From: Marsupella aquatica
Taxonomy: Eukaryota > Plantae > Marchantiophyta
Assembly: GCA_973895155.1 (NCBI GenBank)
Contig: OZ316893.1
Span: 11,608,259 to 11,672,258 of the forward strand
DNA length: 64,000 nt
Direction of reading: 5' to 3'
Shown: positions 48,718 to 62,432 of the stretch, piece by piece
Numbering within the stretch: position 1 is the stretch's first letter
Layout: every line of letters begins with the position of its first letter
Notes under the pieces: model-generated
The model's database searches: none
Seen by the model: only the letters and a program-made list of their open reading frames with translations
What the model was told of the DNA's origin: nothing
Translations under genes and position numbers: made by a program

Positions 48718-50534
48718 AGAACTGAAAGCCCGGAGGGACTGGGGCGTTGTCCACGAAGCCCATGTGGACAAACAAACCCTGCATGGACTGGACCCAACCA
48801 CTGGAATATGCTCCTGCACTGTTCATTCTTGTTCTGTCCAAAATGTGACCTGTAAATGGTCAGATGACCTGCGACTACAGGTTTCAGTTGAGTCTCCTGG
48901 TCAACCAGTCCTGACGCAGGTCACTCTGTCCTGTTACCTGTCTGGTACTTCTGGCTGGAGTGACAGGATCATTGGGAAGCTTGTCGTCGCATCTGAAAGG
49001 TGAGCACAATGTTGCCTAGCTTTCTACCTCTTTAAGCTAATGTGGAATGTGTGCTGATTTGTCCACCATAGCTAATTATTTGTGTGATATATGTTCTTAT
49101 GAAGGAGCGTCAGTCACCTCAAGCGTCTCTCTCTATTACAGAAAATGCAGTTTCTAAACAAAGAAACTCCAGGAGAAACTCCCAAACACGTGCTTGCTCC
49201 AGACAAGGTTGGACTTTTGAGCACCCTCTTTTTACTGCAATTACGTGAGGCAATGTCCGTTGCTTTTGCTATCATAGTGTTTTTGCTACTACGAGTCCAT
49301 TCTAGTTTCTTAGCCGCCATTGTCTTCTTAGATATTGTTGCATTCCTCTGCTTTTGCGTTGCTGCATTTGTGTTTGCGCTGCTACTTCTCCATTTGTGTG
49401 TACATTGCGATGCTGCATTTGTTACTGTTGTGTACTTATTGCATTTGCGCTGCTCCTGAATTTATGCACATTGAGGTTGTGTAGTCTGTGTTCCCTCTGA
49501 TTTCCATTTCAGCCCCGAACTGACAACTAGTATACTTCCACCAATGGGTGCCGTAAATCAGAATTCACAACAACTTTGTGGGATAGGTGAGGTTCAACAA
49601 AGCACCAAAGCTACGCCAGGGCAATACTTCATTTCTGGTATGATCTGAGTACTAACTCATCTACTTCATCTGGGAGCCATATTCACAGGATTCCATTCAT
49701 GAGTTCTTATTATTGGATGTGCATTAGTTCCTCATCCAATTGGATCGTTCTGATCAATGGATCTGAATTTGTAGCTCATTGAATTGAGACGCTGCATCGA
49801 ATATATTGTTAATGCACCAACTTCAACACTCTATGAAGCAAGCAATGTTGGTTGAATTCGATATAGCAAAAGTCACAATAAAGTTATTGATAGAGCTCAT
49901 ACCTCAATGCGGCATTGAGCTTTCCTACAGGAGGACCTGCAAACAATGACAATGAGAGATCACGTACATAATTAGGCAAGGAACATTGCATTACAAAATG
50001 TTCCACATTGAATGTGGATCTATAAGATCGTAGGCAAAAATCAGAGGCCCCGCAGTGGAACAATGATCATAGGCAGCAATTACTTGGTGCAGGCGCAAGC
50101 TTATTTCATTGGGCTATCAGCAAGAGGCGCAGATTGAGCAACAAAATATGCAACAGAGAAAAGCGCAGGGGCACACAAGCATCAAAGCATGAGAGACATT
50201 GACTCATACCTTCTTCTCGCGAGAGTTGCAAAGCGAGGGCAGCGTTTGGCACAGGAGTACTTCATTCTGTGATGCTTGTACTGTAGCGGGGATGTAGCGG
50301 GAGTTCTTCCCCTGGTGCTTCCCTGCAAATTGCACTAAGCTCCCTCTCTTCCCGCCACTCATATATATAAATGGAATTATTGATAAACTGCTAATAGAAT
50401 CATGTTCAACTACTAACATCCATTTTGAGGCGGTTTTGCGTGGAATTGGGGGTAATCACATTATTGTCCCTGTCACGGTCCATGGGAGGAGTCATGGACA
50501 ACACCCCTGCCAGTCCATCCGGGCTTTAAGTTCT
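48718..50534. mobile_element. Non-autonomous TIR DNA transposon, about 1.8 kb
   Basis: TIRs AGAACTGAAAGCCCGGAGGGACTGG and CCAGTCCATCCGGGCTTTAAGTTCT match at 23/25. Flanked by TACTCAC (48711-48717) and TACTCAT (50535-50541). Confidence 0.8.
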
Positions 50535-53500
50535 TACTCATAAGCATAATCTAAACATTAAAAATAAATAATTGTTTTAAAATAAATTAGTCCAAATAGT
50601 AAAAGCAATTGTTAGCAAATAATTAGGGCATACTATGAAAGTAGACTTGGATCACAAATCATACTATAATTAGTTTGATCGAGTACCCCTTGGTTATGTA
50701 AGCTTGTTTTATTGAATATTTGGAGCCATGAAGAGTTGCACATTGGAAATAGATGGATGAGAGGACAAAGATTAAATGGAGTATTTTAGATGAAGTGAAT
50801 TTTAAAGGTAGTTAGGACAATTTCATTGAAGATGAATAGGAGTATATTCATGGTAATACCAAGGGTAATTCTCCATGCAAAAAGTTAGTACCTTTATGTC
50901 TATACCATACATGCTTAACATTCCATATAGTTCGATCATGCAAAATATTACTTTGTCCATAGTAGTTGAAAGGTTGAGTCCCTTGGTATTCCTCTACTCC
51001 TAGTAGTTATGGTGTTTCCTACCTTTTCTTGTTAATTCTTTATCCATAGGAGCCAAATGCTAGGGTTTCTTAACTAAGTTACTTTGGTAAATGTTAGAGA
51101 AGTTGAAGAGTTTCTTTCTACTTGTCATTATTTCAAAACTGTGTAAATTAAATAGAAAATTGATACAGATTTCCAGATACACTAATATATCAATCACAAC
51201 TTATTCAAAGATTTTTTTCTTTCACCCCTGTTTTACCCTTTTATTTGTTTACTTGAAATGTTATTTTTCAGTTTTCCATTGTTTTTATAGTTACAAGGTC
51301 TAAATGTTTTTCTTTGCCTCGCCTCAAACATGAATAGTCAAATTTGGTTTTTCTTGCATAACTAACGGTTATTGTTTGTGACAAATCATGTAGATGTGGC
51401 TGCATGTGCATCCAGGAATTTTGGAAGGAACTTCCCATGGGAGTCCGTAAATAAATTCCCTTGCGAGAGGGCTTCACCTACCACTAATTGCTACGTTCTG
51501 TTTGATGCCAACTGACTGCCTTTTGCCTAACTGTATCAAGTAGAACTGTCATCTATATATCAAAGTGCAAAAGGACAAATATGCTGGCAGGGTCCCAAAG
51601 GCAAAGCAGCCCAATAAAGGTAAAGAAAAGGCAGGGGAAAAGGCCCTCAGACGACCAAGAGGTCCAACAAGCCAAGAGTCCCCCAAAACCAATACAGAAA
51701 AGGAACAACAAGCCAAAGATCTCACTAAGTGGCCTAGAAGACTAACACCCGGTTGGCCCGAGAACTGAAAAGCCTGACAGAGCTCTGGAGGATTCCTCCT
51801 CCTGATCCGTCCTTTCCCGTTTATGCGCCTACTTTGCCTCCCCCACCACCAACTCTCGTTGTCCCCCCTACTCCTCCTCCCACATCCCTACCAGATCCCA
51901 AAACATCAGAGGCAATAGGGGTCTCAAATATGCACAAGTGTTCTTCTTCCGTGTATAAGGGCCAGAATCCTAAACATGACCCGCAGATGACTTCAAGATT
52001 TTTAAAATTAATTTGATTTTCAGTCTCTCAACAGCCAGGCTGCTGCAGGGGGAAGTGGGCATCCGGAATAGGAGAAATCCAGTGACATGATTGTGCGGGC
52101 TAGGCTCAGGGAACCTGCACAGTTTTCAGCAGTGTCCCTGCCAAACCTAGACCCGGATTGTCCTTAGACTCCATGCCGGCTACATTTGAGACCCCCTAAT
52201 AGCAGCACTACAACCTGCAGATCGTCCTACTACTACCGCTCCTACACCAAGGGCTCCAGCTTGCTCCACAGCCTTAAACTTTCCATGCCTGGAATCACAC
52301 ATTAAAATGTGGTAATATAGGGTGTGCACTCATTGATTTAAAGAAGATAATAAGGTTTATTAAGGTACGGAGAGATGACATACACAATATATGTCAAATT
52401 TTTTATGTGCAGTTCAAAAACTTTCTCTTCTTAAATCACCACTAGCCATGACAAAACCTGGGTACCCACGGTTTCACCATATAGCATGTTCATCTTGGAA
52501 TATGCCTCTTCTTTTGTCTTGTAGTGATATGTATTCATTTAATTTATTTTATGATAAAAGAAGTAGGTACATGTACAATATATGCCAAAAAAATTAATAT
52601 GTGTTAGTTAAAAGCGAGTGACATAACACACACAAACATAAGTACACATGCAAAGAAAAGCACATTATGACCAAGAAAGTATAAAGGTACTAAAAAGTTG
52701 TGTACACTCAATACATATTTTCACTTGCTTTTAGGTAATGACAATCAACTCAATTAAAACCATAAATTTTATTAAAAAAAACACTAAGAGAACTTAGTAA
52801 ACCAGACGTGCACATTGTTCAAATTTATTTATTTCACTTTCATGAGAAAAAAAAAGATTTTTTTCTCATGAGAGTCAAATACATAAAAAATACTCTAAGT
52901 TCTCTAAAACTAAAAGGGGTCCAAAAGGTAATTCAAAATAAAATTAATACAAATGATTCACCTTGTTAAAGCACATTAAAATCAAAATATTGGACAAAAA
53001 ATATGACAAAATGTGAAAGGTGTATTCCCCATATAGAAGTCATAATGGGAATAATCACAAAACATGGGTACACCCTGTTTCACCATTAACACTACCATTA
53101 AACTGAAATTGTGGAGCAAATGGCACGGTAGAGACAAGGAACGTGAAAAAGGGTGCTGCAAAAGAAGAAAGAGGAGTAGAGGACCCGCAGCCGATGAATT
53201 TAGATCTTACAGAGCTAAAGACCCAATTGCCCATGTCCCAACAGTGCTGCTGCTGCTGCTCCAGCAGAAGCCCCCGGGAGAAGAAGCACCCCATGCCGAC
53301 CCGCTGCTTGACCCGATTGCACATTTCTGCTGTTACTACAACTGCTACTCCGGTGTTGCTTCTGATCTTGTAATCCCACAGCAAATTGCTGCGACGCTCC
53401 TGTTCAAGACAAAAAAGAGTGAAGCCCCCTCCTCCTGCTGAAGCATTACCACCACCCTTCGCTCCTCCTGCTCCTCCTGCTGCTCTTCCTGCTGATAATG

Positions 53501-53788
53501 ATTTCTGTTGGGCCGACGACGAAGACTTCGGAGCTCTAATATATAATCCTGGAGAGGCAGGTTCTGGCTTGGGAGATTTTGGCAACCCATCGTGATTCCT
53601 TCCTCTCAGTAGACTTCATATGGAATGATGACGTCTCGGAGGGACGCAAGACTCTCTTGTAGTTATGTGATTCCTGGAAGGACAGTAGTGATGAGGACAA
53701 TGTGGGTCTTCTTTGTACAAAGAGAGCAATTGGGAATGGTGGCTAATTCCTTGCTAACAAGAAGCCGAGCGCGCTCTGTCATGAATGG

Positions 53789-56700
53789 ATGATACATTTC
53801 TCATTTGGATCAGAGGGAAGCACAGAGATGGTAGCAGCACTGAGGAGAGGGGTCATGCTGCTCACCTCTGCCTCTCCGACGTCCACTTCTTCTCTCTCCT
53901 TTTCATATCTGTTTCGTCGTCATTCTTCCTGTCAGCAGCAGCTACAGCGGCATCCCGTTGGGCCTGCCGCTGAAAGGAGGGATGTTGTTTCCTCTAGTGC
54001 CACTCAGCAATCGTCTTTGTGGCCCATTTTCGGCGTCATCAAAAGATGGGTAGTCACTTCGAGGCGAACTTTTCATCAGCGAGGAAAGGGTTTAGCAGGG
54101 TTTGACGAGGGTTTTAGGCCAGAGTGCATGAGAGCTGCAGAGCAGAGGCTCTGGTGGAAGAGAACACCAGTTTTTGGATTGTTATTGGATCCGCCCAGTT
54201 GGAGGGAGAGGAATCAGAGACCGCCGCAGAGAAATCAGCGCGAGAGTGTTGGCAGTGGGCATGGCCACATCTGGGAAGCAGAAAGAGGAAGAGGAGGAGA
54301 ACTATTTTCGAGAGCTCTGTCGAATTCAACAGGTGAAGCAGCAATTGCTGCTACTCATAATCGTGGTGACGGATCAAATAAGGTCGAGACAAGAGAGGGG
54401 GAGAATGGAGACCAGCGAGGGCCTGGGATCAATCAGGGCTTCGAGATTTCGAAAGGTTCTGCTTCTAACTCGTCGTTTGTCCAGCCAGTAGCAAATAGTG
54501 GAAGTTCACAGGTAAAGGAGAGGCCTGCTGCCCCTCCTCTTAAGCCCAGAGCAAATTACTATGACAGAGTTGCGCAAGCTAGCGGAGAAGGAGGAGATGG
54601 GAGAAGCTCGGGAGAAAGTGGGGGACGCTTATCTAAATCCAAACCAAATGACCATGAGAAACTTACACAATTTAAGGGAGGACAAGATGGGAGGAGCTCC
54701 AAACCGAGTAGGAGACCTCCTTTCAAGCCCAAGGCAAATTATCATGACAAACTTGCCGAGTCCAGGAGTGGAGGACAAAAGGGTAGCCCTCGGGCTAGTG
54801 GGGGACAGCTTCCTTTCAAACCTAGAGCAAATTACTACGATACCATGGGGAGCCCTTCATTCAGTAAGCGTAAGACAGCGGACTCCAACAATGTGGGACA
54901 GCCTGCTCGAGAAGGTAGAAACAACCGCCCCACCAAGTTTTCTAGAGATCAGAATGCGGAGAACACTCAGTCGAGCAATGCCAGTAATGGAGATGGCCCA
55001 CATTATGGGTATAAATTCAGAGAGGGGAGATCAGAACTGGGCCACTTTCGTAGAACAGGACGTCCTCAAAATAGGGGTTCTGGAGGTGGGGATAGCCATG
55101 GAACGACAATTCCAGTCCGAGCAAGTAGATCTCTCGGACGGCAAACCTTTCCTGATAGCAGCAGTGGACAGAACCTCTTAAACTCCAAGGAAATTTCTCC
55201 CGAGGAGGGGAAGGAGGAGGTTGTAAGGAAGCATCTTCCACGCCGTCTCGAAGGAGAGAAGAAGTGGCAGTATGCCGTGAGGAAAAAGCAGCTGGGGCTT
55301 GCAGGCCATACCCGGGGTTCCAAAAGGAAAGTTGCCCCCCAGTGGGTTGATGATGAAAATCTCGGCAATGAACCACAAGGAGACGACTGGAGGCAGAAGA
55401 AGACAGCTTGGTTGTGCAAGGAGATCCCTGCCTTGAGGCCCCGTCCCATCGTCACTATTCTCAACGAGCAACGTAAGTGGCTCAAGGCTGAGGATACCAA
55501 ATACATTATCGAGCATCTTCTCCAGATAGACCAGACTCTTCGCGCCCACAGAGTATGGCCTCGTCTCCTCCTCTCTCTTTTCTATTCTCTGCCTAGTTTC
55601 AAACCTGATTTCGGGCCTGCTTCCTCAATCCACAGGGCGGTATATGAAATCTTAAAAAAGTGGAAAAAAAACGTTTTGTCGATTTCCTTCTTATTTGCAT
55701 ACATCTGGAAGAGAATTTGTAGTCATTTTCAAGCCCGCTTTCTCAATCTCGGGGGGCATATGAAATCTCTTACAAAACTCGAGAAGTTTTGTAGAGTACT
55801 TTCTTGTTTCCAGGAAGAGATGCTGTATTCCGTAATTGCCTTCAAGTATGCAAATGTTGACGTGGAATGTCAAGGAATATCTACAAAATGCTTTTCGTGT
55901 GTCAAAGGTTGATTGTTGATCTCTTTGAATTAATGTGCAGGTCTTGAAGTGGAAAATGCAGCAGCCTTGGTATGAATTCGACTACGAGCTCACTTCAAAA
56001 ATGGCTGTCCAACTCGGGCAAAATAACAAATTGAGCAGAACAAGGGACACATATGATTTCATCATAGAGAACGGCAAGGTCCCTACTCTTGCCACTTACG
56101 AAGTTCTCATCAACTGCTACATAGTAGATAATGAGAAGCCGGCATTGGCGCAAGCCTGGAGTCTTTACAATCAAATGAGTCAGCTGGGAGGCCACGAACC
56201 TCCACCAAGCCTCAGTTACAAACTGTTCCAGGGCCTTATTCAAAAGGGAGTGGCGTTTCTCGACCAGGCAGATGAGGTCTTTAAGCGCATAAAGATATCT
56301 GGGCTGGTCTGCAGTTCTGAGATGTACAGTTTGCTCATTCACGCTCACGGAACTAAGGGGAATGCTGACAGAGTAGACAGTCTAATCAAGGAGATGAAAG
56401 AAATAGGTTTACCAGTGGGCCAGGACGTGTATGCTGCTATTTTGAAATCCTGTGCAAAGGATGGGAACGTAGCAATCGGTGAACAGGCTTTCGCTGATCT
56501 GAAATCATTCACGCACAAGCCCATTCCTTCTGTCTATTCTTCCCTTATCAAGATATACGGGAAGGCTGGCCTTCCTGACAAGGCGTTTCAGACTTTTGAA
56601 GATATGAGGGAGACAGGGACAACTCCAAATTTGACTGTCTATGAGCCAATGATCGAAGTTGCTGTTTTATCTGGAAACATCGATCAAGCTGAGAAGCTTC

Positions 56701-57764
56701 TCAAAGAGGCACAGGAGAGAGGTACACCGTCATTGCATGCTTGCTATAACTCTGTAATGGAATTTTACTCCAAGAATGGGTTGCTGGACGAATCTGAAAG
56801 ACTTTTCAATGAAATGGAAAGTAAAGGATATCCTCCCAATCAAGCATCGTTCAATGTGCTTCTTGAGGCATATGTGATACAGCGCCTTGTTGAAAAAGCC
56901 GACGCAGTCTATGAGAACATGAAACGAAGTGAGAAAGTGAAGCCTAACAAGAAAACGTACGAGCTTATGATCAAAGTCTACGGTGAGGCGAAATGTCCTG
57001 ACAAACTGAAGGAGGTTTTTAGAGAGTTGGCTGACAAGAAACTGGATGTTACTGAGGAAGCAAACAGGTATCTTGAAGCTGCTGTCAAGCCGAAACAGCT
57101 GTTGGCTCACCGAAATGCACAACTCAAGCTGGGCCGAGAGGAACGAGAGATGCTGGCAGGGGTTTTATTAGCTGGCGCAGGTGTTGAAACTCACGATAGG
57201 AATCGGACCTATGAACTGCATTTCGGGTTGGACCCAGACAGTGAAGTTGGATTGCCACTTATCAACCATTTATATAATCAATTCTCTGCTTGGTCAACAG
57301 GGCCTCCAAACAGACAGCCTTTACCTGACCCCAAGAACCCCAAAAGGTCAAAGATGTTACTCGCGTTTCAGACTGTTAGCCATGGCTCTTTCCGGTTCTT
57401 TGCACACCAATACAGACCGAACCACTCTCCGGTAATTCCAAGGCTCATACATCGGTGGCTGACTCCCAGAGCACTTGCGTACTGGTATATGTACGGTGGT
57501 ACCAAGTGTTCCGAATCTGGAGACATTCTCTTAAACGCATCGGCTTACAGTGACAAGGAGATTATGCTAGTAGTGAATGCACTGAAGGCCAGAACCATTG
57601 ACTGTGAGAAGAAAAAGACTAGCATTGGGACGGCAATTTGTTTCAATGGCAGATCTGCCGTTTGGCTCTGGGGCTTAATGGAACCTCACATCCTTCCTGA
57701 AGTAAGAGGTCTACTAAGGCCAGAGGATGATCAAGGGGGAGAGGATTTAGTGCAGCAACTTTGA
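53789..57764 (+). CDS. OTP51: PPR protein with C-terminal LAGLIDADG-like domain, OTP51 (exons 53789 or 53828 to 55552, and 55941-57764)
   Basis: AWLCKEIP..ILNEQRKW / KWKMQQPWYEFDYEL, P-type PPR repeats, then REMLAGVLLAG..FFAHQY..IPRLIHRWLTPRALAYWYMYGG. One GT-AG intron at 55553-55940. Confidence 0.93.
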
Positions 57765-59199
57765 CCGGGTTTGTGGATAATTTTGTCAACAATGAGGAGC
57801 TTGGTCGAAAGGAATTAGTGAGTGAGAAGTAGTAAAACAAGGGAAACAGGACTTCTGGCCAAACGCCCAGTGGAATGCTATGGAAAGGTGCACGAGATTC
57901 TGGTCAGCCAATCTCTCTCGAGTAAGAGAAGTCCAAGTACTGCTTGTTGACTTCTGGCCTACAGTGCAGCAGGCCCTCCCAACTTTCCCCCGGCTTAAAT
58001 AGGAATTTTCTCTAGACTGTACAGACTTAGTACGTTCTGACCTTTTCCGAGGCACCATACTGGCTGCAATAGTTGAGAAATGTAATCGATTCAAAAGTAG
58101 TGGAGGCAATGGAGCCTTTTTGATGAGAGGGGACTGTAAGGACATTTCTGTTGATCTCTATTTGCAAGTACCCATAGCATCCCCAAAGTTCATAACTTGA
58201 TACCTGATACATGAACACTGGTTATCATGACGAGGTTTGATTGGAGGAGGGCTAGTGCCCTACCTGTCCAAGATCTGACAAGTCCAAAGCGGGGTCCAAA
58301 GGAGGCAGTGACTTGCAACTACACACGATACAATACAATGTTGGAAAGACTAATCCATCTAGTTCGCCCAATTTTTTTGTGCATGTACGTATAAAATTCT
58401 CCTGTAGATCTGTAATTTAAATGAATGCTTTACTGGGCAGTAAGGTGTCAGACATGTGGACAAAGGGAAGGAGCAACAAAGGAACCTCCTTGACGTTGGT
58501 GATGAGCCCTGGGGCCAATGCTAGATGCTAGATTACAATCACATGGAACTTGCCATAGTGTAAGATGATGGTTCTACCTAAAGCCAAACTAGGCAGGTGT
58601 CGGGGTGGCTAGCTCCATGACCCTGTTCTACCTTGGCTAGTTTCATGACCTTGTTCTACCTGAAAGAACCTATCAGATATATGGTTAGTGGAGGTGATAG
58701 AGTAGGGTAAACCATTCCCACAAGGGGGTTATGGACTGTAATGGCCAACAGGGCTTACAGGCCAGAGCCCCCAAAGTGGCAATTGGCTACCGAGCTCAAC
58801 TCACGAGTCTGTTTTCCTGAAGAAATTTTAACATGTAAAATTCATAACTCCGTGGCCAAGTTGGCTAGGTGATTGTGTGTGTAGTGAAACACACTACAAG
58901 TTTAAACCTATTGTCTAGATTTTCATAAAAGATAACTTCATAACCCACTTCATTGTTAAGTGAGTTACAAAAATCCATAATCTACTGCCTCTTCTCTGAG
59001 TTGGGACAGAAAACTGTCATGGCTGAAAACTCGACGGCAATAAGATACAAAGGCAATTACAAAGGAAAAACAGGCAGGTGGTTTAAGTTAAGTTTCCTTG
59101 GGTTTTCTTCGTAGCCCAATCGATGGCTGAAATGACAGCAATGCCTGTTAGGGAGATCTGACTGCTCAAGAGGAGAGAAGACACTACTCAATGCAGGCC

Positions 59200-59950
59200 A
59201 GAAACACTTTATGAAGTCTCTCTGTTTCCTCCCTCTTTGTTGAGGAGAGAGAGCTCAACTATTCTTTGGTCTGGTCTGCCAATCTTTGTCCCAACTTTGT
59301 CATTGATCTTGAAATACCCTTTTGAGCAAAAAGCAAGCCATGGTGATCACCATGCCCGTCTTGCAAATGCTTCACCTCTCCTGGAAATTTGTTGTGCTGC
59401 TTCTCTCGATCAAGCGTCCAAGCTTGTACTCTCCCAGGCAAGACTGTCACATAGGCAATGGTTTCTTTGTTCCTGCCAATAATAGTTTTTTTTTGTTTTG
59501 CTCGTGTTTGTCTGTCGAGGAACGTGCTTTGGAACCTCTCTCTCCTCCACCTTCTTGACGTCAGCCTTCACAAACAGGTTCTTGGTATCCTCTTCCAAAT
59601 TCTCCACTCCCTTGAAGAACTTTGTTGCTTCTTTCTCTCTCCAGTATGTGAGGTTCCAAGCTACTATTTGCCTTCAAAAGTATTTCCAGACGAGGTTGCA
59701 TCTTCTTAAATTGGGCAACTCCACCACTTGTCTATCAATGTGCTGTCTATTGGTAATACCTATGTACTTTTTTTATTCTATGATTTTTCTTTGCAATGCC
59801 TCAACTTCATCACACATGGGTTGCCATAGTTCTTTGCAAAATTGTCTCGGTTTGCTGGATAGACTATTTTGCTTTGAAAACAGTGGCCATGAATCAGATT
59901 CCCTTGTCAAAGACAAAACTCTAGCCTTATTTACTTGAAGAAGCCATCCG
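59200..59950 (-). mobile_element. Degenerate non-LTR (LINE) ORF2 C-terminal fragment
   Basis: Purine-rich broken coding-like sequence on the minus strand, with AWTL.RE...F resembling the L1 W.IW.ERN...F motif. Many disruptions. Confidence 0.35.
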
Positions 59951-60584
59951 TTCTTGCTAGCCTTCCAGAATTCTCGAAGTACTTAAATTTTAGTATCTCC
60001 AAACTGCATCAAGCTTCCTGCTTAGGAGGGACCTCTGGATATTTGTATCTTATCCATCATGGAGCCAACCAGCGTTACATTGAAGTGAATGCAAGGCTCT
60101 GCAACTCACGCAACGACGTAGTCATACATGAAACTCGCAGCCCAATTAACGCGTGGAAAGTACTCAGTGACACGGTTCTTGAAACTCAAATCCTACATCA
60201 GCAACCCAAACTGACGAACCGCATCGCACTGAAGCTACGGGTGAATCTCGGGAACAGGAGACTCGCAAACGTCCCAGTTTCTGCAAAGAAGAAACTCATC
60301 CCTAGAGACGTGTCACTCATTAAACATTTTTGGAGATTGCTGGGTACGCAAGACTGCATCCATAAAATTTCCGTCGGGAGGTGGAGGACTCATGTACTTT
60401 TCCTCACACAAATATTTTGTCATCCTCCACATCTGCATCTCAGTTGAAACCCATGGCTGACTTTTGGGGTGTGTAGTTTATGTGAGACGTAGTCATTCAC
60501 TACACCTGGATCTCCACTGGAAACTCCCGGAAAACTTGGGAAGAAGCCCGTTCCTGTCAGACGTCGTTATGAACCAGACTTCTA

Positions 60585-62432
60585 TCATGAGGAAATGCTT
60601 GGCCCTTGTACATCCTCCATAAGAGTCTTTAGCAAACCTGTCCCATTGACGAGCTTCGTGGTGGCTACAATAAAATCGTACTTCATTCCCTCCTGTGCAC
60701 CCAGGAAGCGAAGAGCAGAAATTTCCGCAAACGTGACACCTCCAATAAAGACGACTAACACCACAGCCCTCCTGCCATCGGCTGCCGGTTCACTGTCAGG
60801 AGCTGGTTGTGCTTCCCAAGTAGTGCCCTCTGCCGTGACAGAACCATTTGCATGAACTCCCTGCTTCTGTTCAAATGTTGGTCCAGGGAGTAGCTTGACT
60901 ACCTCATCGACTGTCTTCCATCCACCTTTGAGGACCTGCTCTACTAGTCTAATGCTGAGGGGGGCGTATCCTGAATACACGTAAGCAATGTCCGTTGGGT
61001 TGGCATCATCCACATCCTCTACAACAAGTTTCAGTCCCCGTTTTACATTTTGCCAACTGCTCTTGGCTTCTTGTTTCTTGAGAAGCCCAGCTTTCTCCAA
61101 ATTGGTGAGGGTAAACATGTGCTCAAACCCATAGCTCTGCAGGAACTCTCTCCTCAAGTAATCAAATTGCTTCTTCGGTATGCCACTGGTAAGGGAGAGC
61201 AATACTAATAAACGAAGAACACTCTCTAAGTTTCCCTGCCTGTGAATCATCTCTTCCACATACTCAAAACATACATCAGGATTTTGGCCCTCTACAAGCG
61301 TCTGCTCAATGTGAAGCCGGGCAAGAAAATCAGGCTTCTTTGTAAAAGTGGAAAGATGTTGAGCTATGTTTGTATGCCTCGTCAACTCTGGAAGAACATT
61401 CAACTTCTTCACAAAGTCCTTCAGTTCTGAAACTGACTGCTGTTTTGGACCTCCACCTGTCATATCAGTGTAGTCCTGTTTCATGCTAGTTGCCTTGTTA
61501 CGTAGGACATTGCCCACAACCCCAAAATTCAAATCTCTCAGTTCTCGGAAGAGATTGTCAGTAGAATTCAGTGGAACTTTCCTGGTGGAAGCAGCTGCTG
61601 CCCCACCAGCTGCTGGTGGAGCTTGACCTAAAATCGTTGGAGAAAGCTCCACTACTCCATTGTTAATTGAAAGAAACTCATCAATTAGACCTTCATAAGT
61701 CAGCTGCCAGCACATTGGGGTAACCAGATCTACCTGCCTGTCAAGAAGTATCATTGTGTCAATCTCCGAACACACCCCTTCTGTATCCACACCTTGCTCC
61801 CTTTGCATTCTACTGAGAATGTCAGCAACTTGAGCTGCAGCTCTCCCCTTGCCTTTGACGTTGGGGATCAAACCAAACCGGGACTGAAGCACATCAAGAG
61901 CCCGGGCAACGTACCAAAGCGCACTCTGGTCACCATCCACTTTTGTTTCTTTCAGAACATGATCTATTTCTAAGGAAAGTACGTCCTCATCGTAGGGCAT
62001 AAGGTACAACGCGTATTCCAAAATTGTGACATTGCGAAGAACTCCCTCCTCCTCCAAAACCTTCTCACACACAATAGTTCTCCGTGGTACAAAAACCAGA
62101 GAATAATTCTTCGACACCTTCAACCTAAGCTCCTGTTGAATCTGTGCAGCTATCAGCTTCATAAGCCCCATTCGTGGCCTAACTAAATAAACCACATTTT
62201 TGCATTCTGACTGAACTGGATCAGCTGAGAGGTGACGGAGGCTTTCCACTCCGTGCTCTTTCAAAAGGGAAGGTTGAGCAACTAGAGCGAGTGGGCCACT
62301 AATCTTGGAGTCCAGCACCATGACCTTCTTGCCTGGTATCGAGTCTAAAACCTGAGCTAGCTCCTTCTGAGCTTGTTCTCGAATAGAAAGAAGATTGATT
62401 GGGGCATGGTCTAAGCTCGGAATTTGAGCCAT
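60585..62432 (-). CDS. VPS33: Vacuolar protein sorting 33 (Sec1/Munc18 family, HOPS/CORVET), intronless CDS
   Basis: 615-aa ORF with MAQIPSLDHAPINL, LLDRQVDLVTP..QLTYEGLIDE, DIAYVYSGYAPLSIRLV and VFIGGVTFAEISALRFL. Confidence 0.97.
   Translation of the reverse strand: MAQIPSLDHAPINLLSIREQAQKELAQVLDSIPGKKVMVLDSKISGPLALVAQPSLLKEHGVESLRHLSADPVQSECKNVVYLVRPRMGLMKLIAAQIQQELRLKVSKNYSLVFVPRRTIVCEKVLEEEGVLRNVTILEYALYLMPYDEDVLSLEIDHVLKETKVDGDQSALWYVARALDVLQSRFGLIPNVKGKGRAAAQVADILSRMQREQGVDTEGVCSEIDTMILLDRQVDLVTPMCWQLTYEGLIDEFLSINNGVVELSPTILGQAPPAAGGAAAASTRKVPLNSTDNLFRELRDLNFGVVGNVLRNKATSMKQDYTDMTGGGPKQQSVSELKDFVKKLNVLPELTRHTNIAQHLSTFTKKPDFLARLHIEQTLVEGQNPDVCFEYVEEMIHRQGNLESVLRLLVLLSLTSGIPKKQFDYLRREFLQSYGFEHMFTLTNLEKAGLLKKQEAKSSWQNVKRGLKLVVEDVDDANPTDIAYVYSGYAPLSIRLVEQVLKGGWKTVDEVVKLLPGPTFEQKQGVHANGSVTAEGTTWEAQPAPDSEPAADGRRAVVLVVFIGGVTFAEISALRFLGAQEGMKYDFIVATTKLVNGTGLLKTLMEDVQGPSISS

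Noticed and set aside
53055-53595. Small gene divergent from OTP51
   Set aside because: Overlapping low-complexity ORFs on both strands arise from CTG/CCT repeats; no recognisable domain.
57120-57764. Mobile LAGLIDADG homing endonuclease or novel fusion
   Set aside because: The PPR-LAGLIDADG fusion is the known OTP51 architecture.
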